From a virus (taxonomy: Duplodnaviria > Heunggongvirae > Uroviricota > Caudoviricetes): DNA of 47,248 nucleotides. A program made the translations under genes and the position numbers. Within the stretch, counting starts at the first letter, position 1; each line of letters starts with the position of its first letter. The notes beneath the pieces are model-generated. The model was given only the letters and a program-made list of their open reading frames with translations. It was not told where the DNA came from and ran no database searches. Shown here piece by piece: positions 31,054 through 39,690 of this stretch. The stretch lies in IMG/VR virus record IMGVR_UViG_2711768052_000011; one strand, given 5' to 3'.

Positions 31054-31455
31054 TTATCGATACAGATAAGCCATCCCTATCCCGTGCAATACCGCCCGTT
31101 TAATATTCTCAAACTCATCTTCCGCAATCATAGGAACAATATAATTTCGTCCCTCCCAGGTTCTGGTTTTTATGCGATCCAGTCGGCTCAATGAAACCGT
31201 CATCAACATGTCACATTTTACCCAGCAAGTAATATGCTCATTACCAGGTATGGGGTTTTCTGATAACTCATGATGGCAATCTCTGCGAGGGAGCGGTTCA
31301 GTAGTGCTTATTGGTACCACTGTTACCAATTGATTGTTGTGCCTGTTTCTGGACACGACCACCACTGGCCTGACCTTGACTATTTCCGGAACAACCATTC
31401 CCCGAAAATCACACATTAAAACAGAACGAACAGACGGCTGATACTTTAATACCAT
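31054..31455 (-). CDS. MazF/PemK-family toxin-like protein (orphan, no adjacent antitoxin)
   Basis: Start MVLKYQPSVRSVLMCDFRGMVVPEIVKVRPVVVVSRN parallels MazF N-terminus (MVSRYVPDMGDLIWVDF...RPAVVLS) by recall; ORF track extends to 31533. Confidence 0.5.
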   Translation of the reverse strand: MVLKYQPSVRSVLMCDFRGMVVPEIVKVRPVVVVSRNRHNNQLVTVVPISTTEPLPRRDCHHELSENPIPGNEHITCWVKCDMLMTVSLSRLDRIKTRTWEGRNYIVPMIAEDEFENIKRAVLHGIGMAYLYR

Positions 31456-31555
31456 AAATCTCTTTGCCTGATAATGACGACTTGTGAACTCCACTACAAA
31501 CAAAATGATTCTGCTGAACAGGCAGTTTCGCACTATACATTATAACCTGTTAAGC

Positions 31556-31585
31556 CAACAAAAAAACCCGCTCGGCGGCGGGATT
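31556..31585 (-). terminator. intrinsic terminator downstream of Q-like gene
   Basis: Minus strand CCCGC-(6 nt)-GCGGG followed by T7; same core as terminator at 30834..30862. Confidence 0.5.
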
Positions 31586-31648
31586 TGCTTACTTTGCCAT
31601 CGAGTACAAAATCGGCAAAATATCAGATTTGCACGAAATATATGCCTT

Positions 31649-32344
31649 TTAATCTACTTTTGCAACACTTTGCTTTGAAAATGCCGTCTTTTGTTCTGAA
31701 CGTGTTCTCATCACAAACAATAAAGCCTCACTATCCAGCCGGTGGAAAATGTGTTTCATTGCAACCCAGTGACCAGTAAATGTTTTGGACCAGTTTTTTG
31801 TTGTTACTCCCGCCAGTAATGCCAGTTCCTGATATTCATAAGTTTCACGCCCAGCTAGCTCACTCTTCACATCCTGTGCCGCCAGCCAGATTAATTTTTT
31901 CAGGCGCTCCCGTGTTTTCTCCGCAATTTTTCTGGTACCAGATTGCGCGTTAAATTCATTCCACGCCCACTGTGTTATCGCAATCTGGTGTTCCCAGCAA
32001 ATGCTGCCGCTGTAACACCACAGCAACCAGGCTTTATAGTGTTCTTCAAGAGACAGAACCGCCCGTCGCCATGATGATGTCGAAAACTCAACCTGACTTA
32101 CCAGAGGAATTGACGTCCTCTTTGCCAGCGATTGTTTCCCCGGGATTGGTGGATTATCCCGCGTTATCATTTTTCCGGTCACTTCATCGCGGTACCGGAT
32201 TTTTTTACGCCTGTAACGCCCTGTATCAAACATGGCATTCTCCTGCCAGGCTTCAAGCTGACCTTTTGTTGCCTCACTCAAATCGGCGGTGGCAATAATG
32301 AGCTGCTCACGAACAAACTGTAAATACTGGTTATTCATGCGCAC
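31649..32344 (-). CDS. putative late antiterminator Q-like protein
   Basis: 231-aa ORF immediately downstream of rusA (10-nt overlap) and upstream of lysis region; sequence not confidently matched. Confidence 0.5.
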   Translation of the reverse strand: MRMNNQYLQFVREQLIIATADLSEATKGQLEAWQENAMFDTGRYRRKKIRYRDEVTGKMITRDNPPIPGKQSLAKRTSIPLVSQVEFSTSSWRRAVLSLEEHYKAWLLWCYSGSICWEHQIAITQWAWNEFNAQSGTRKIAEKTRERLKKLIWLAAQDVKSELAGRETYEYQELALLAGVTTKNWSKTFTGHWVAMKHIFHRLDSEALLFVMRTRSEQKTAFSKQSVAKVD

Positions 32345-32694
32345 TCCAGCCCTGTGATTTTTATCCCCAACCGACCACCAGGAACGACCTGACCGCGCAC
32401 AATATTGATTTCATCAAACTGCTCGTCGTCGATAAGCAGTCCCGCATACGTCAGCGCATCCAGCGGTGCTTTCAGAATATTGTCCAGGTCACGACGGCGC
32501 TTATCCGGCGGCTCTGCAATGATCTTTATCGCCAGCCTTCCGGACAGGTTTAATTTCAGCCGCTGCTGGCGAACAATAAGCGCCACATCACGGCGATAAC
32601 GCTCACCGGCTTTTGATACAAAATATGTGCTGCCACGACGTCGCCAGTAGGTGTTCACCGTCGGCGGGTAAGGCAAAACAAACTCTATACGCAT
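32335..32694 (-). CDS. rusA: crossover junction endodeoxyribonuclease RusA (Holliday junction resolvase)
   Basis: 119 aa; motifs PPxxNxYW and RRRDLDN plus acidic catalytic residues match RusA. Confidence 0.85.
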   Translation of the reverse strand: MRIEFVLPYPPTVNTYWRRRGSTYFVSKAGERYRRDVALIVRQQRLKLNLSGRLAIKIIAEPPDKRRRDLDNILKAPLDALTYAGLLIDDEQFDEINIVRGQVVPGGRLGIKITGLECA

Positions 32695-32706
32695 CAGTAA
32701 CCTCTT

Positions 32707-33681
32707 TTACCCGAGCACACCGGTTGCAAAGGCGTGATCAAGAAAACGAAAAATTAAATCAATCTGGGAACCATGCTTTTCTTCAAATGCCAGCGGATCA
32801 GCATGAAGTTCGTTGTGATGCTCCCGGCACAACGGTAGCGTGAAAATATCGTGGGCTTTTGTCCCTATTCCGCCCTGACCATGACCAATCAGGTGATGGG
32901 GATCGTCGGCTGGCTTACCACAACACGCACACGGCTGTGTCTTTACCCAGCGCGTATATTTCTCATTTACCCAACGGCGACGTTTAGGTCGCTTCATGAA
33001 AGATTCCGGAGACTCCGGATCAACAGCAATGCTGACCACCGTCTTTTCCTGTGGTGGGTTTTGCTGGTGGGCGTGAGGCAGCGGCGCAAGATTTTTTGTG
33101 CGCTGCTTCAGTATGCTGATGGCGGTCTGCTCTCCCGGTACGATGTCGCTTTCGCGGTACACCGAGCGAATTTTTTCCGCACGTAACCCCAGAGAACGAC
33201 GTAATACTACCTCCGGTAGTGCGTCCGCCACCTGATTGCAGACAGCCCACCAGGATAATTCAGCCAGCGATAATTCCCGCTCCTGTGTGCCATTCATTGC
33301 ATGGCGCATGACGTCAATCATCCATGCTGACAGGTTTTGGTGAGCAAGTTGCTCAAGTGATTCGGAGGACTGGTCACGCAACTGGTTGTCACAGTGCCAG
33401 CACAACACCATCGCGCCAGCACCGTAACGATGTATGACGGTTTCGCTGTGATGGTAATCACCATGAGGCCACTGGCAGGATTTAATATGGCGCAACAGCC
33501 AGTCAGACAATGCACCAGCACCACCAGCAGCACGAATCACCCGCTCATCGCTGAAAAATGGCAGTAATGATTTATCCTCCGCCAGCGGCTGGCGAACGGC
33601 AGGGACGACTCCGGACGGCAGACCGCGCATGCTTTTCGGTTCAGGCTCCACCAGCACTCGAGGGTTATGAAATACTTGCAT
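32707..33681 (-). CDS. prophage protein, YdfU-like (DUF968-type), C-terminal Cys/His cluster
   Basis: Internal Met MQVFHNP chosen because longer ORF overlaps upstream gene; C-terminus CACCGKPADDPHHLIGHG ... CREHHNELH; position as ydfU in K-12 Qin. Confidence 0.6.
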   Translation of the reverse strand: MQVFHNPRVLVEPEPKSMRGLPSGVVPAVRQPLAEDKSLLPFFSDERVIRAAGGAGALSDWLLRHIKSCQWPHGDYHHSETVIHRYGAGAMVLCWHCDNQLRDQSSESLEQLAHQNLSAWMIDVMRHAMNGTQERELSLAELSWWAVCNQVADALPEVVLRRSLGLRAEKIRSVYRESDIVPGEQTAISILKQRTKNLAPLPHAHQQNPPQEKTVVSIAVDPESPESFMKRPKRRRWVNEKYTRWVKTQPCACCGKPADDPHHLIGHGQGGIGTKAHDIFTLPLCREHHNELHADPLAFEEKHGSQIDLIFRFLDHAFATGVLG

Positions 33682-33754
33682 GGATTCACGGCCCGGCCTA
33701 AGGACCACCAGCCCGAGTTCCGGTACCAGAACAGGTCGAAGTAATATCCGCACG

Positions 33755-34033
33755 TTACCTCCAGATCCGTTGCTGGTATGTGCGGGATGGGCGCGGTGGG
33801 CGTTCGGAATAAGGGAGCCTGACATAGATTATCCAGTGACGATAATCGAGGCTGAGGGCTTTCTTAATCTCGTATCCGCGTCTGCGATAGTTATGAATTA
33901 GCCATTCGGCCTGTTCTTCAGTACATGGGTCATGCTGGAACCAGTCAGATTTGAAAGTGCGGGAACGCCGCCCGTGCCTGCTGGCAAAGACGGCAGAATC
34001 ATCAGAATTGTGTAATTTGGTATCGTGCGCCAT
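33755..34033 (-). CDS. hypothetical protein (rem-like position)
   Basis: ORF between hokD and ydfU-like gene; start uncertain (ORF track to 34162). Confidence 0.3.
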   Translation of the reverse strand: MAHDTKLHNSDDSAVFASRHGRRSRTFKSDWFQHDPCTEEQAEWLIHNYRRRGYEIKKALSLDYRHWIIYVRLPYSERPPRPSRTYQQRIWR

Positions 34034-34199
34034 CGGTTGTCTCTGCTGGCGCAGCAGGTGCCAGTTGTTCAGGCTGGCGTGCGAATTGTAAACCAGAATG
34101 CTAGGAAAAAACAAAACCCGCCGAAGCGGGTTAAGTGCGGGTGCGTTGAGGATGCCTGACACATCAGAGGTGGCGAGGGATTCTCCCCCGCCTGGTCTC

Positions 34200-34355
34200 T
34201 TACTCCTCAGGTTCGTAAGCTGTGAAGACAGCGACCTCCGTCTGGCCGGTTCGGATTCGTACCTCGCAGAGGTCTTTCCTCGTTACCAGTGCCGTCACTA
34301 TGACGGTTAAACAGATGACGATCAGGGCGATTAACATCGCCTTTTGCTGCTTCAT
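34200..34355 (-). CDS. hokD: Hok/Gef-family membrane toxin
   Basis: 51-aa product MKQQKAMLIALIVICLTVIVTALVTRKDLCEVRIRTGQTEVAVFTAYEPEE matches E. coli HokD (RelF) by recall; AAGGAG RBS. Confidence 0.85.
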   Translation of the reverse strand: MKQQKAMLIALIVICLTVIVTALVTRKDLCEVRIRTGQTEVAVFTAYEPEE

Positions 34356-34566
34356 AGCCTGCTTCTCCTTGCCTTTCGGCACGTAAGAGGCTAACCTAGA
34401 TTTGCCGTTCATAGATTGAGCCTCAGATTAATGTTAAGCGTCTTGCAGGACGCGTAATGTTAACTGGGGCTTTTCTCTATCTGCCTTTGGTGTTCATGCC
34501 TGAGACAGATAGCCTCAAGCACCCGCAGCCATTCTACTTAACTCCCGTTACCTCGCCAATATAAAA

Positions 34567-34656
34567 TCAATCAGAAAGGCGATCCATAAGAACAACAGCA
34601 AGACAATAAATTGCCATTACAGCTGCAATAGCCAGCGCACATTTGAGAACCAGCAC
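34567..34656 (-). CDS. candidate small hydrophobic peptide (29 aa), possible type I toxin-like
   Basis: AGGAGG, 5-nt spacer, GTG start; product MLVLKCALAIAAVMAIYCLAVVLMDRLSD; hand-derived, not in ORF track. Confidence 0.3.
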   Translation of the reverse strand: MLVLKCALAIAAVMAIYCLAVVLMDRLSD

Positions 34657-34970
34657 GACAACCTCCTGTATTGGACGTACACCAGTCCTGATAAATATGA
34701 GGCTGTCTCATCATTGATGAGATACAACTATTGGGTATAGTTTCTGTGATTTTGTTCTGTAGAAATGGAACACAACAACCAGTCTCCACCAGCACTTCTT
34801 TAAATACGCCAAGTCCGACGCAAGCTAACCTTCTAGTCCGCTTTGAGCGAACTGTGGAAGCTCGCAAATGTTGTTACATCTGATGAAGGCATTACTCAAA
34901 GGAGGGGATAGTAGTCAACGTGGAGCAGGCCATGTTAGTATTTTTATACAATTCGACTAAGGGAAAAACA

Positions 34971-35840
34971 ATGAGGCTTTACATAATAGGAAATGGATTT
35001 GACATGCGTCATGGCTTACCAACAGGATACAAGCACTTTAAGTCGTATGTAGAAAAAAATGACCAAGATCTATATGACGCGATAGAAGAATACATTCCTG
35101 CTGGGGACGAGTGGAATGAGTTAGAAAATGCTTTAGGTGAAATTGATTATGAGCTTATCCTTCAAAACAGTGAGATATTTTTGGCTTCATACAATACCGA
35201 TGATTGGAGCGATGCTTATCATCACGATTACCAATATGAAGTAAATAAAATCACACAAATGCTGTCAGCTCGTTTGAAGGAGCAATTCGCTGATTGGGTT
35301 AAAGGGATTAACATAGCCGATGCTTACAATCCTAAGCAATACATCCCGCCCATACCAAGAGAAAGCATCTATTTTTCATTTAATTATACAAATACCTTGC
35401 AGCAGATCTATGCCGTTCCAGACGAGCAAATCATACATATTCACGGAAATTGTAGTTACGATGACGATCTCATACTTGGTCATAGTTTTAGGGTGGAAAA
35501 GTCACTAAATCCATATATAGGACCGGATCAAGATACAAGAATAGCAGAGGCATACGACAGAATAAACGAATACTTCGGTAATACATTCAAGCCCAGCGAA
35601 GACATAATTAAAGAAGAAAACGTTTTTTTCTCATCGCTTAAAAATGTGGACGAGGTCATCGTTTTAGGCCACTCGCTCGCCGAAGTTGACGGTGAATACT
35701 TTACTGAAATAAATAAAAGCATCCAAGAAAATGCTCGATGGATAGTTGCTTTATATAGAGGTGAGAAAAAATCAGGCAGTTTAGAAGATTATGGTATCAG
35801 AGGCTCAAATATTTCTTACGTACAGTATGAAGATATCTGA
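34971..35840 (+). CDS. AbiH-like abortive-infection protein
   Basis: N-terminus MRLYIIGNGFDMRHGLPTGYKHF matches AbiH-family hallmark; AT-rich; ORF track begins at GTG 34920 with AAGGAGG upstream. Confidence 0.6.
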   Translation: MRLYIIGNGFDMRHGLPTGYKHFKSYVEKNDQDLYDAIEEYIPAGDEWNELENALGEIDYELILQNSEIFLASYNTDDWSDAYHHDYQYEVNKITQMLSARLKEQFADWVKGINIADAYNPKQYIPPIPRESIYFSFNYTNTLQQIYAVPDEQIIHIHGNCSYDDDLILGHSFRVEKSLNPYIGPDQDTRIAEAYDRINEYFGNTFKPSEDIIKEENVFFSSLKNVDEVIVLGHSLAEVDGEYFTEINKSIQENARWIVALYRGEKKSGSLEDYGIRGSNISYVQYEDI

Positions 35841-35923
35841 ATGAGACTTCATATTATAACTATAATTATGTAAAAAAGGCTGGTATTTTATACCTTGAGG
35901 AAAATAGATAAGAGGAATGAGGT

Positions 35924-37321
35924 TTGGTTATGATGAATTATACTGATGAGTCAACTTTTCTTGAAAAGTACAAACCGTTTAGGAAGTTTTGGACAATTTT
36001 ATCACCTCATTATGTATCTTTAATGCATGCACTTGCCAAAATGATAAGGGGAGGGAATCCAATTCAAGAACTACCTTCCAATGATGAGGATTTTCTTGCA
36101 GAGTATGAAACCTGTCTCAAAAATTGGAAAGACTCACAAAAAATCATATCTTTTGAGATTATTATTCGGCTGAGAGATATAAAAAGATTGGAAACTGAAA
36201 AAAAAGAGCACCATCGAAACAAGGATAAAGAAAATAAAGAAAAGTGTATTAATGAAATAAGTTTAAAAAAATTTGAAATTCTTATTCTTCGCCGTTGTAT
36301 TGACTCAATAATTTGGAGCATTCTTGATGAAGAACACTCTAGTTTGCGGCGTTTACCTATTAATGCAAGCAATGACAATCTATCAGAAGATAACATAATT
36401 GATTCTATGGTCGCAGCCGATCTTATCAACCAGGACAAACACTCCGTAGCGATTGTCTCTGACATGAGCACATTTGTTCATGTGGGAGATTTAGTCACCT
36501 TTAATCTACTGGATGGCTTCCAGCTCGTGGAAGTTAAAACAGGTGAAAAGAATAATGAGCTTTATGAAGCTGCTGAATTTTCTGTTATCTCAGAATGTCC
36601 GCACTTTGAAGAAAACTTCATTAACAATATGCCTGATAATGATGTTAAGCAATTTAATCGCATAAAAAGGCAAATCATTCGTGGCATGAATGTTCTGGAG
36701 GCGATTAATACTGGCGAGGGCTTTGACAACTTTCATCAGTCTAAAGTTAAAATCAATGAGATAGATCATCCGTCTGAATTTTATACCCACCGCTTAGTTA
36801 AAATGTGGGAGATTATTCGCGGAGGAAAAAATTGGGCAATTGATACTATTGATGAATGTTTGTTCTTAGGTATGTACCGTGATTCTGAAATGGGCTTTGT
36901 TGCCTTCAATGGATGGATGGATAGTCTCGGTATAAAAAGCCCTGTTGTGAATATAAATGATTCATTCTTTGACCCTTTGTCTCGACCATTTATGAGTTTG
37001 CATCTGCCAACTGAAATGCTCTCCGATCTCATGTCGGGACAAATAATCATCGTCATGTGTTTTGACAATGAACTTTTTTTTCACCGTGCTAACAAAACGT
37101 ACCCGGGTTTATATCTCCTTAGCGATGCAGCAAGAACAAAGCAGCCATTAGAAAATATTCTTCGTGTTGGTTCACAAGGGATAGCTTCTTACGTAGATGG
37201 GAATACCAGCTTTTTAGGTAATGGTATTGAATCCCGTATCCTTTTCGATCAGCAACGACCCGACAACATTATTGAGTGGAGCTATGCTAGAAGCGATCTC
37301 AAAAAGCAACATGAAGCATAA
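35924..37321 (+). CDS. uncharacterised 465-aa partner protein, possible PD-(D/E)xK-like motif
   Basis: Co-oriented 83 nt downstream of AbiH-like gene; TTG/ATG start region with GAGG SD; charged coiled-coil-like stretch; VGDLV ... LVEVK motif. Confidence 0.55.
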   Translation: MVMMNYTDESTFLEKYKPFRKFWTILSPHYVSLMHALAKMIRGGNPIQELPSNDEDFLAEYETCLKNWKDSQKIISFEIIIRLRDIKRLETEKKEHHRNKDKENKEKCINEISLKKFEILILRRCIDSIIWSILDEEHSSLRRLPINASNDNLSEDNIIDSMVAADLINQDKHSVAIVSDMSTFVHVGDLVTFNLLDGFQLVEVKTGEKNNELYEAAEFSVISECPHFEENFINNMPDNDVKQFNRIKRQIIRGMNVLEAINTGEGFDNFHQSKVKINEIDHPSEFYTHRLVKMWEIIRGGKNWAIDTIDECLFLGMYRDSEMGFVAFNGWMDSLGIKSPVVNINDSFFDPLSRPFMSLHLPTEMLSDLMSGQIIIVMCFDNELFFHRANKTYPGLYLLSDAARTKQPLENILRVGSQGIASYVDGNTSFLGNGIESRILFDQQRPDNIIEWSYARSDLKKQHEA

Positions 37322-37583
37322 GCCGTTGGATGGGATTTCCCATGAATTGCCATGGATAATCTAGACACTTCGAGCCGTTGATAATGTTGATTTTCGTATT
37401 CTGTCGGTGGAGTATCCCGAAAGGTATAGAGCAAAACCTGGAGAAAACACACAGCATCCCATTTTAATCTTTAACTCTGACCTTCCATAATGTCCGCTGT
37501 TGGCACAAAGCGGACAACCACGCTAGCTCTACCCTGTGCCACAAAATGTCAATTTGCATCTGAACTAATGCACTTTAATCTCG

Positions 37584-38006
37584 TCACTTCAATAAATACC
37601 GAACATCCCCCTGATAAAACGACAATATGCGCTGCATAACCTCACTCTTCCGGCACTCGCGACAGATTATGTTCAGGTGCCTGTCGTAGCGGCGTATTTC
37701 TCCGTCTGGTAACGACCAGATAAAGTCCGGATCAACTACAGATGTTTTCTTCAGCTTTGCTCTCGAGAGTTTTTTGCGGGCGTTTTGCCAGTCCTTACGA
37801 GCCTGTTCTGACGGGAATAACCCATAGCCAGAGTTGTATACATCCCCACTGGCAACCAGCTCTCTGGCCAGAACGTTCATCAGATATCTTGTTGCCCCAG
37901 TTTTAGTTTCCAGTTGTCTTAACGTCTCGCGCCCACTCTGGCGTACAAGTTCAACAACCTGCCCTTTAATTTTTTCCCGCTCTTCTTGTGTAAATACTTT
38001 TGCCAC
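37584..38006 (-). CDS. hypothetical phage early protein
   Basis: 140 aa, GTG start with AGGAGG SD, last gene of minus-strand early operon; C-terminal CxxC. Confidence 0.5.
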   Translation of the reverse strand: MAKVFTQEEREKIKGQVVELVRQSGRETLRQLETKTGATRYLMNVLARELVASGDVYNSGYGLFPSEQARKDWQNARKKLSRAKLKKTSVVDPDFIWSLPDGEIRRYDRHLNIICRECRKSEVMQRILSFYQGDVRYLLK

Positions 38007-38046
38007 AAGCCCTCCTGAAAATTACCTCATGACCAGAAATTAACAC

Positions 38047-39156
38047 TTACCCCCTGAACCCCGGCGGAATTTCGGTGTCCGGTTCAGAAATATGATTCAC
38101 ACAACGCTGGTTGTTCGTGCCGCTTACCGGGAGCAACCAGGGGTTTTCAAAATTCCGGTCCGGTCCAAAAAACGTCGTCGCTCGCTGAACAAATTCCGTT
38201 CCCGTTTTCCCGGTAGCTGCCAGGTATCTTGCGTAACGCCTCACGCCATCCAGCATGGCCTCTGGTGGCACCCCCTCACGTAATCTGGCCTTCCAGGCAC
38301 TGAAAGCGGATTTCTTCGGGTTTGCCCCGGCACGCAACGGGTACTCCCGCCAGACCTGTTCGAACACATCCGGATAATCCACTCGTCCCACAGACAGCCC
38401 GGTGTTTTCCGGGACTACCCGATCGGCTTCCCGCTGAATGGCGGAATCGGCTTCAGGCTGCTGCAGTTGGTGTGATTGCTCCGGCCTTGGGGTCATCACC
38501 TGCTGCACAGCGCCCGAATCGGCTTTCAGCGCATACGCTGAATCGGCTTCCGGTGTCGTGCCTGCTGGCTGACCAGGATTGACGGTCTGAACATCCCCTG
38601 CCTGGTTCGTGGTGTTTTTTTCGCCATGAACCATAGTGTTTTTGTCCTGTTCCTGTTCTTTCTCCTGCTCCTGTTCTTGGCTTCGAAGCCCCTTCAAAGC
38701 CCCTTCGAAGCCCCTTACCGAATTTCGGCTATTATTCCGCCTCACATCCAGATGGAAATCCGTTTTATATCTGTCGTAAAACGCTGACAGAAAAGCGTTT
38801 TCAGGTAATGATGCATACTCATTCCTGACACCTGCACAACGGTTATCGCCAGGCTTCAACGTTTTCCCAACCTGCCAGGCTGCCATTTCATGGACCCAGA
38901 CCATCTCGGCATCATGGTCATAGCTACAAAAACCAGCTTCAACAGCCCTTTTAAGCCCCTTTGAAGCCCCTTCCAGACCAAGCCCGGTTTCATGAGCAAG
39001 GTATAAAACTGGCAGGTAATACAAACCCAGCATATTTGCGTGAGGGGATGTCATCAGGTAAAAAGCAACAACTTGCGCTTCTGCACCCGCCTTTCTAAGT
39101 TCTCTCCCCGTTTCTCCCAGCCAGAATCGCGGAGAAACTTTTGCGTAATCACGCAT
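38047..39156 (-). CDS. putative replication protein (replisome organiser / YdaU-like)
   Basis: Start MRDYAKVSPRFWLGETG with GAGG RBS (ORF track to 39267); low-complexity EQEQEKEQEQ linker; contains iteron-like repeats. Confidence 0.5.
   Translation of the reverse strand: MRDYAKVSPRFWLGETGRELRKAGAEAQVVAFYLMTSPHANMLGLYYLPVLYLAHETGLGLEGASKGLKRAVEAGFCSYDHDAEMVWVHEMAAWQVGKTLKPGDNRCAGVRNEYASLPENAFLSAFYDRYKTDFHLDVRRNNSRNSVRGFEGALKGLRSQEQEQEKEQEQDKNTMVHGEKNTTNQAGDVQTVNPGQPAGTTPEADSAYALKADSGAVQQVMTPRPEQSHQLQQPEADSAIQREADRVVPENTGLSVGRVDYPDVFEQVWREYPLRAGANPKKSAFSAWKARLREGVPPEAMLDGVRRYARYLAATGKTGTEFVQRATTFFGPDRNFENPWLLPVSGTNNQRCVNHISEPDTEIPPGFRG
38684..38716. repeat. iteron-like tandem 11-bp repeats, cluster 1 (3 copies of cRAAGCCCCTT)
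   Basis: Three head-to-tail copies with 11-bp period inside replication gene, read in three different codon frames. Confidence 0.5.
38942..38972. repeat. iteron-like tandem 11-bp repeats, cluster 2 (2-3 copies of AAGCCCCTT core)
   Basis: TTAAGCCCCTT TGAAGCCCCTT preceded by degenerate copy; approx. 230 bp from cluster 1. Confidence 0.45.
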
Positions 39157-39167
39157 GGCTACCTCAT

Positions 39168-39196
39168 CTGGTGCCGAACCTTCCTCCGGATATAAT
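39168..39196 (+). promoter_or_regulatory. candidate promoter for plus-strand ORF 39235..39690
   Basis: Perfect TATAAT approx. 38 nt upstream of GGAGG-ATG; weak -35. Confidence 0.3.
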
Positions 39197-39234
39197 CTGT
39201 GGTTCCCAATCGACAGAACCAGAGGAGGTTCGAC

Positions 39235-39690
39235 ATGTATTTTTTGAAAAGCCTTTATCAGGCTCATGTATTAAATGTTGCAGCAACAAACCGCTGGTGT
39301 AACAGCCCCGAAATGCTCCCGGATTACAGAGCCTGGCTGCGCGCCGAAACATACCTTCGTCTCGACATATTGATTAGCGAACTTCAAAAAGAGACTGCAT
39401 CCATTCATAACCTTCAGGGTATCGACGCTGTTCGCATTCTGGTATCGCGCCATAGTGCTCTCTCAATAATTGAAGTGCGTCATCTCTCTTTTTCTGAACT
39501 GATTTTCTTGCTTCAACCAGCTCTGGAATCAGCGAATATCCCACCGGAAGTGATCCAATACCCACCTCATGTTGACGAGCAGTTACAAGATGTGCCATAC
39601 AACCAGCGTGCTGGATTGACTCCCTGCTCAGAGGCTGAATGGGATCACTCTCTGCTGAAGAAATACCAAGATTTGTATAATCCTCAATAA
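39235..39690 (+). CDS. hypothetical protein (convergent to early operon)
   Basis: 151 aa; GGAGG, 6-nt spacer, ATG; codon usage looks typical; overlaps a minus-strand ORF. Confidence 0.4.
   Translation: MYFLKSLYQAHVLNVAATNRWCNSPEMLPDYRAWLRAETYLRLDILISELQKETASIHNLQGIDAVRILVSRHSALSIIEVRHLSFSELIFLLQPALESANIPPEVIQYPPHVDEQLQDVPYNQRAGLTPCSEAEWDHSLLKKYQDLYNPQ

Noticed and set aside
34571-34867. 98-aa Cys-rich minus-strand ORF upstream of hokD
   Set aside because: Implausible composition, no RBS; region is more likely hok regulatory sequence plus the small peptide ORF in another frame
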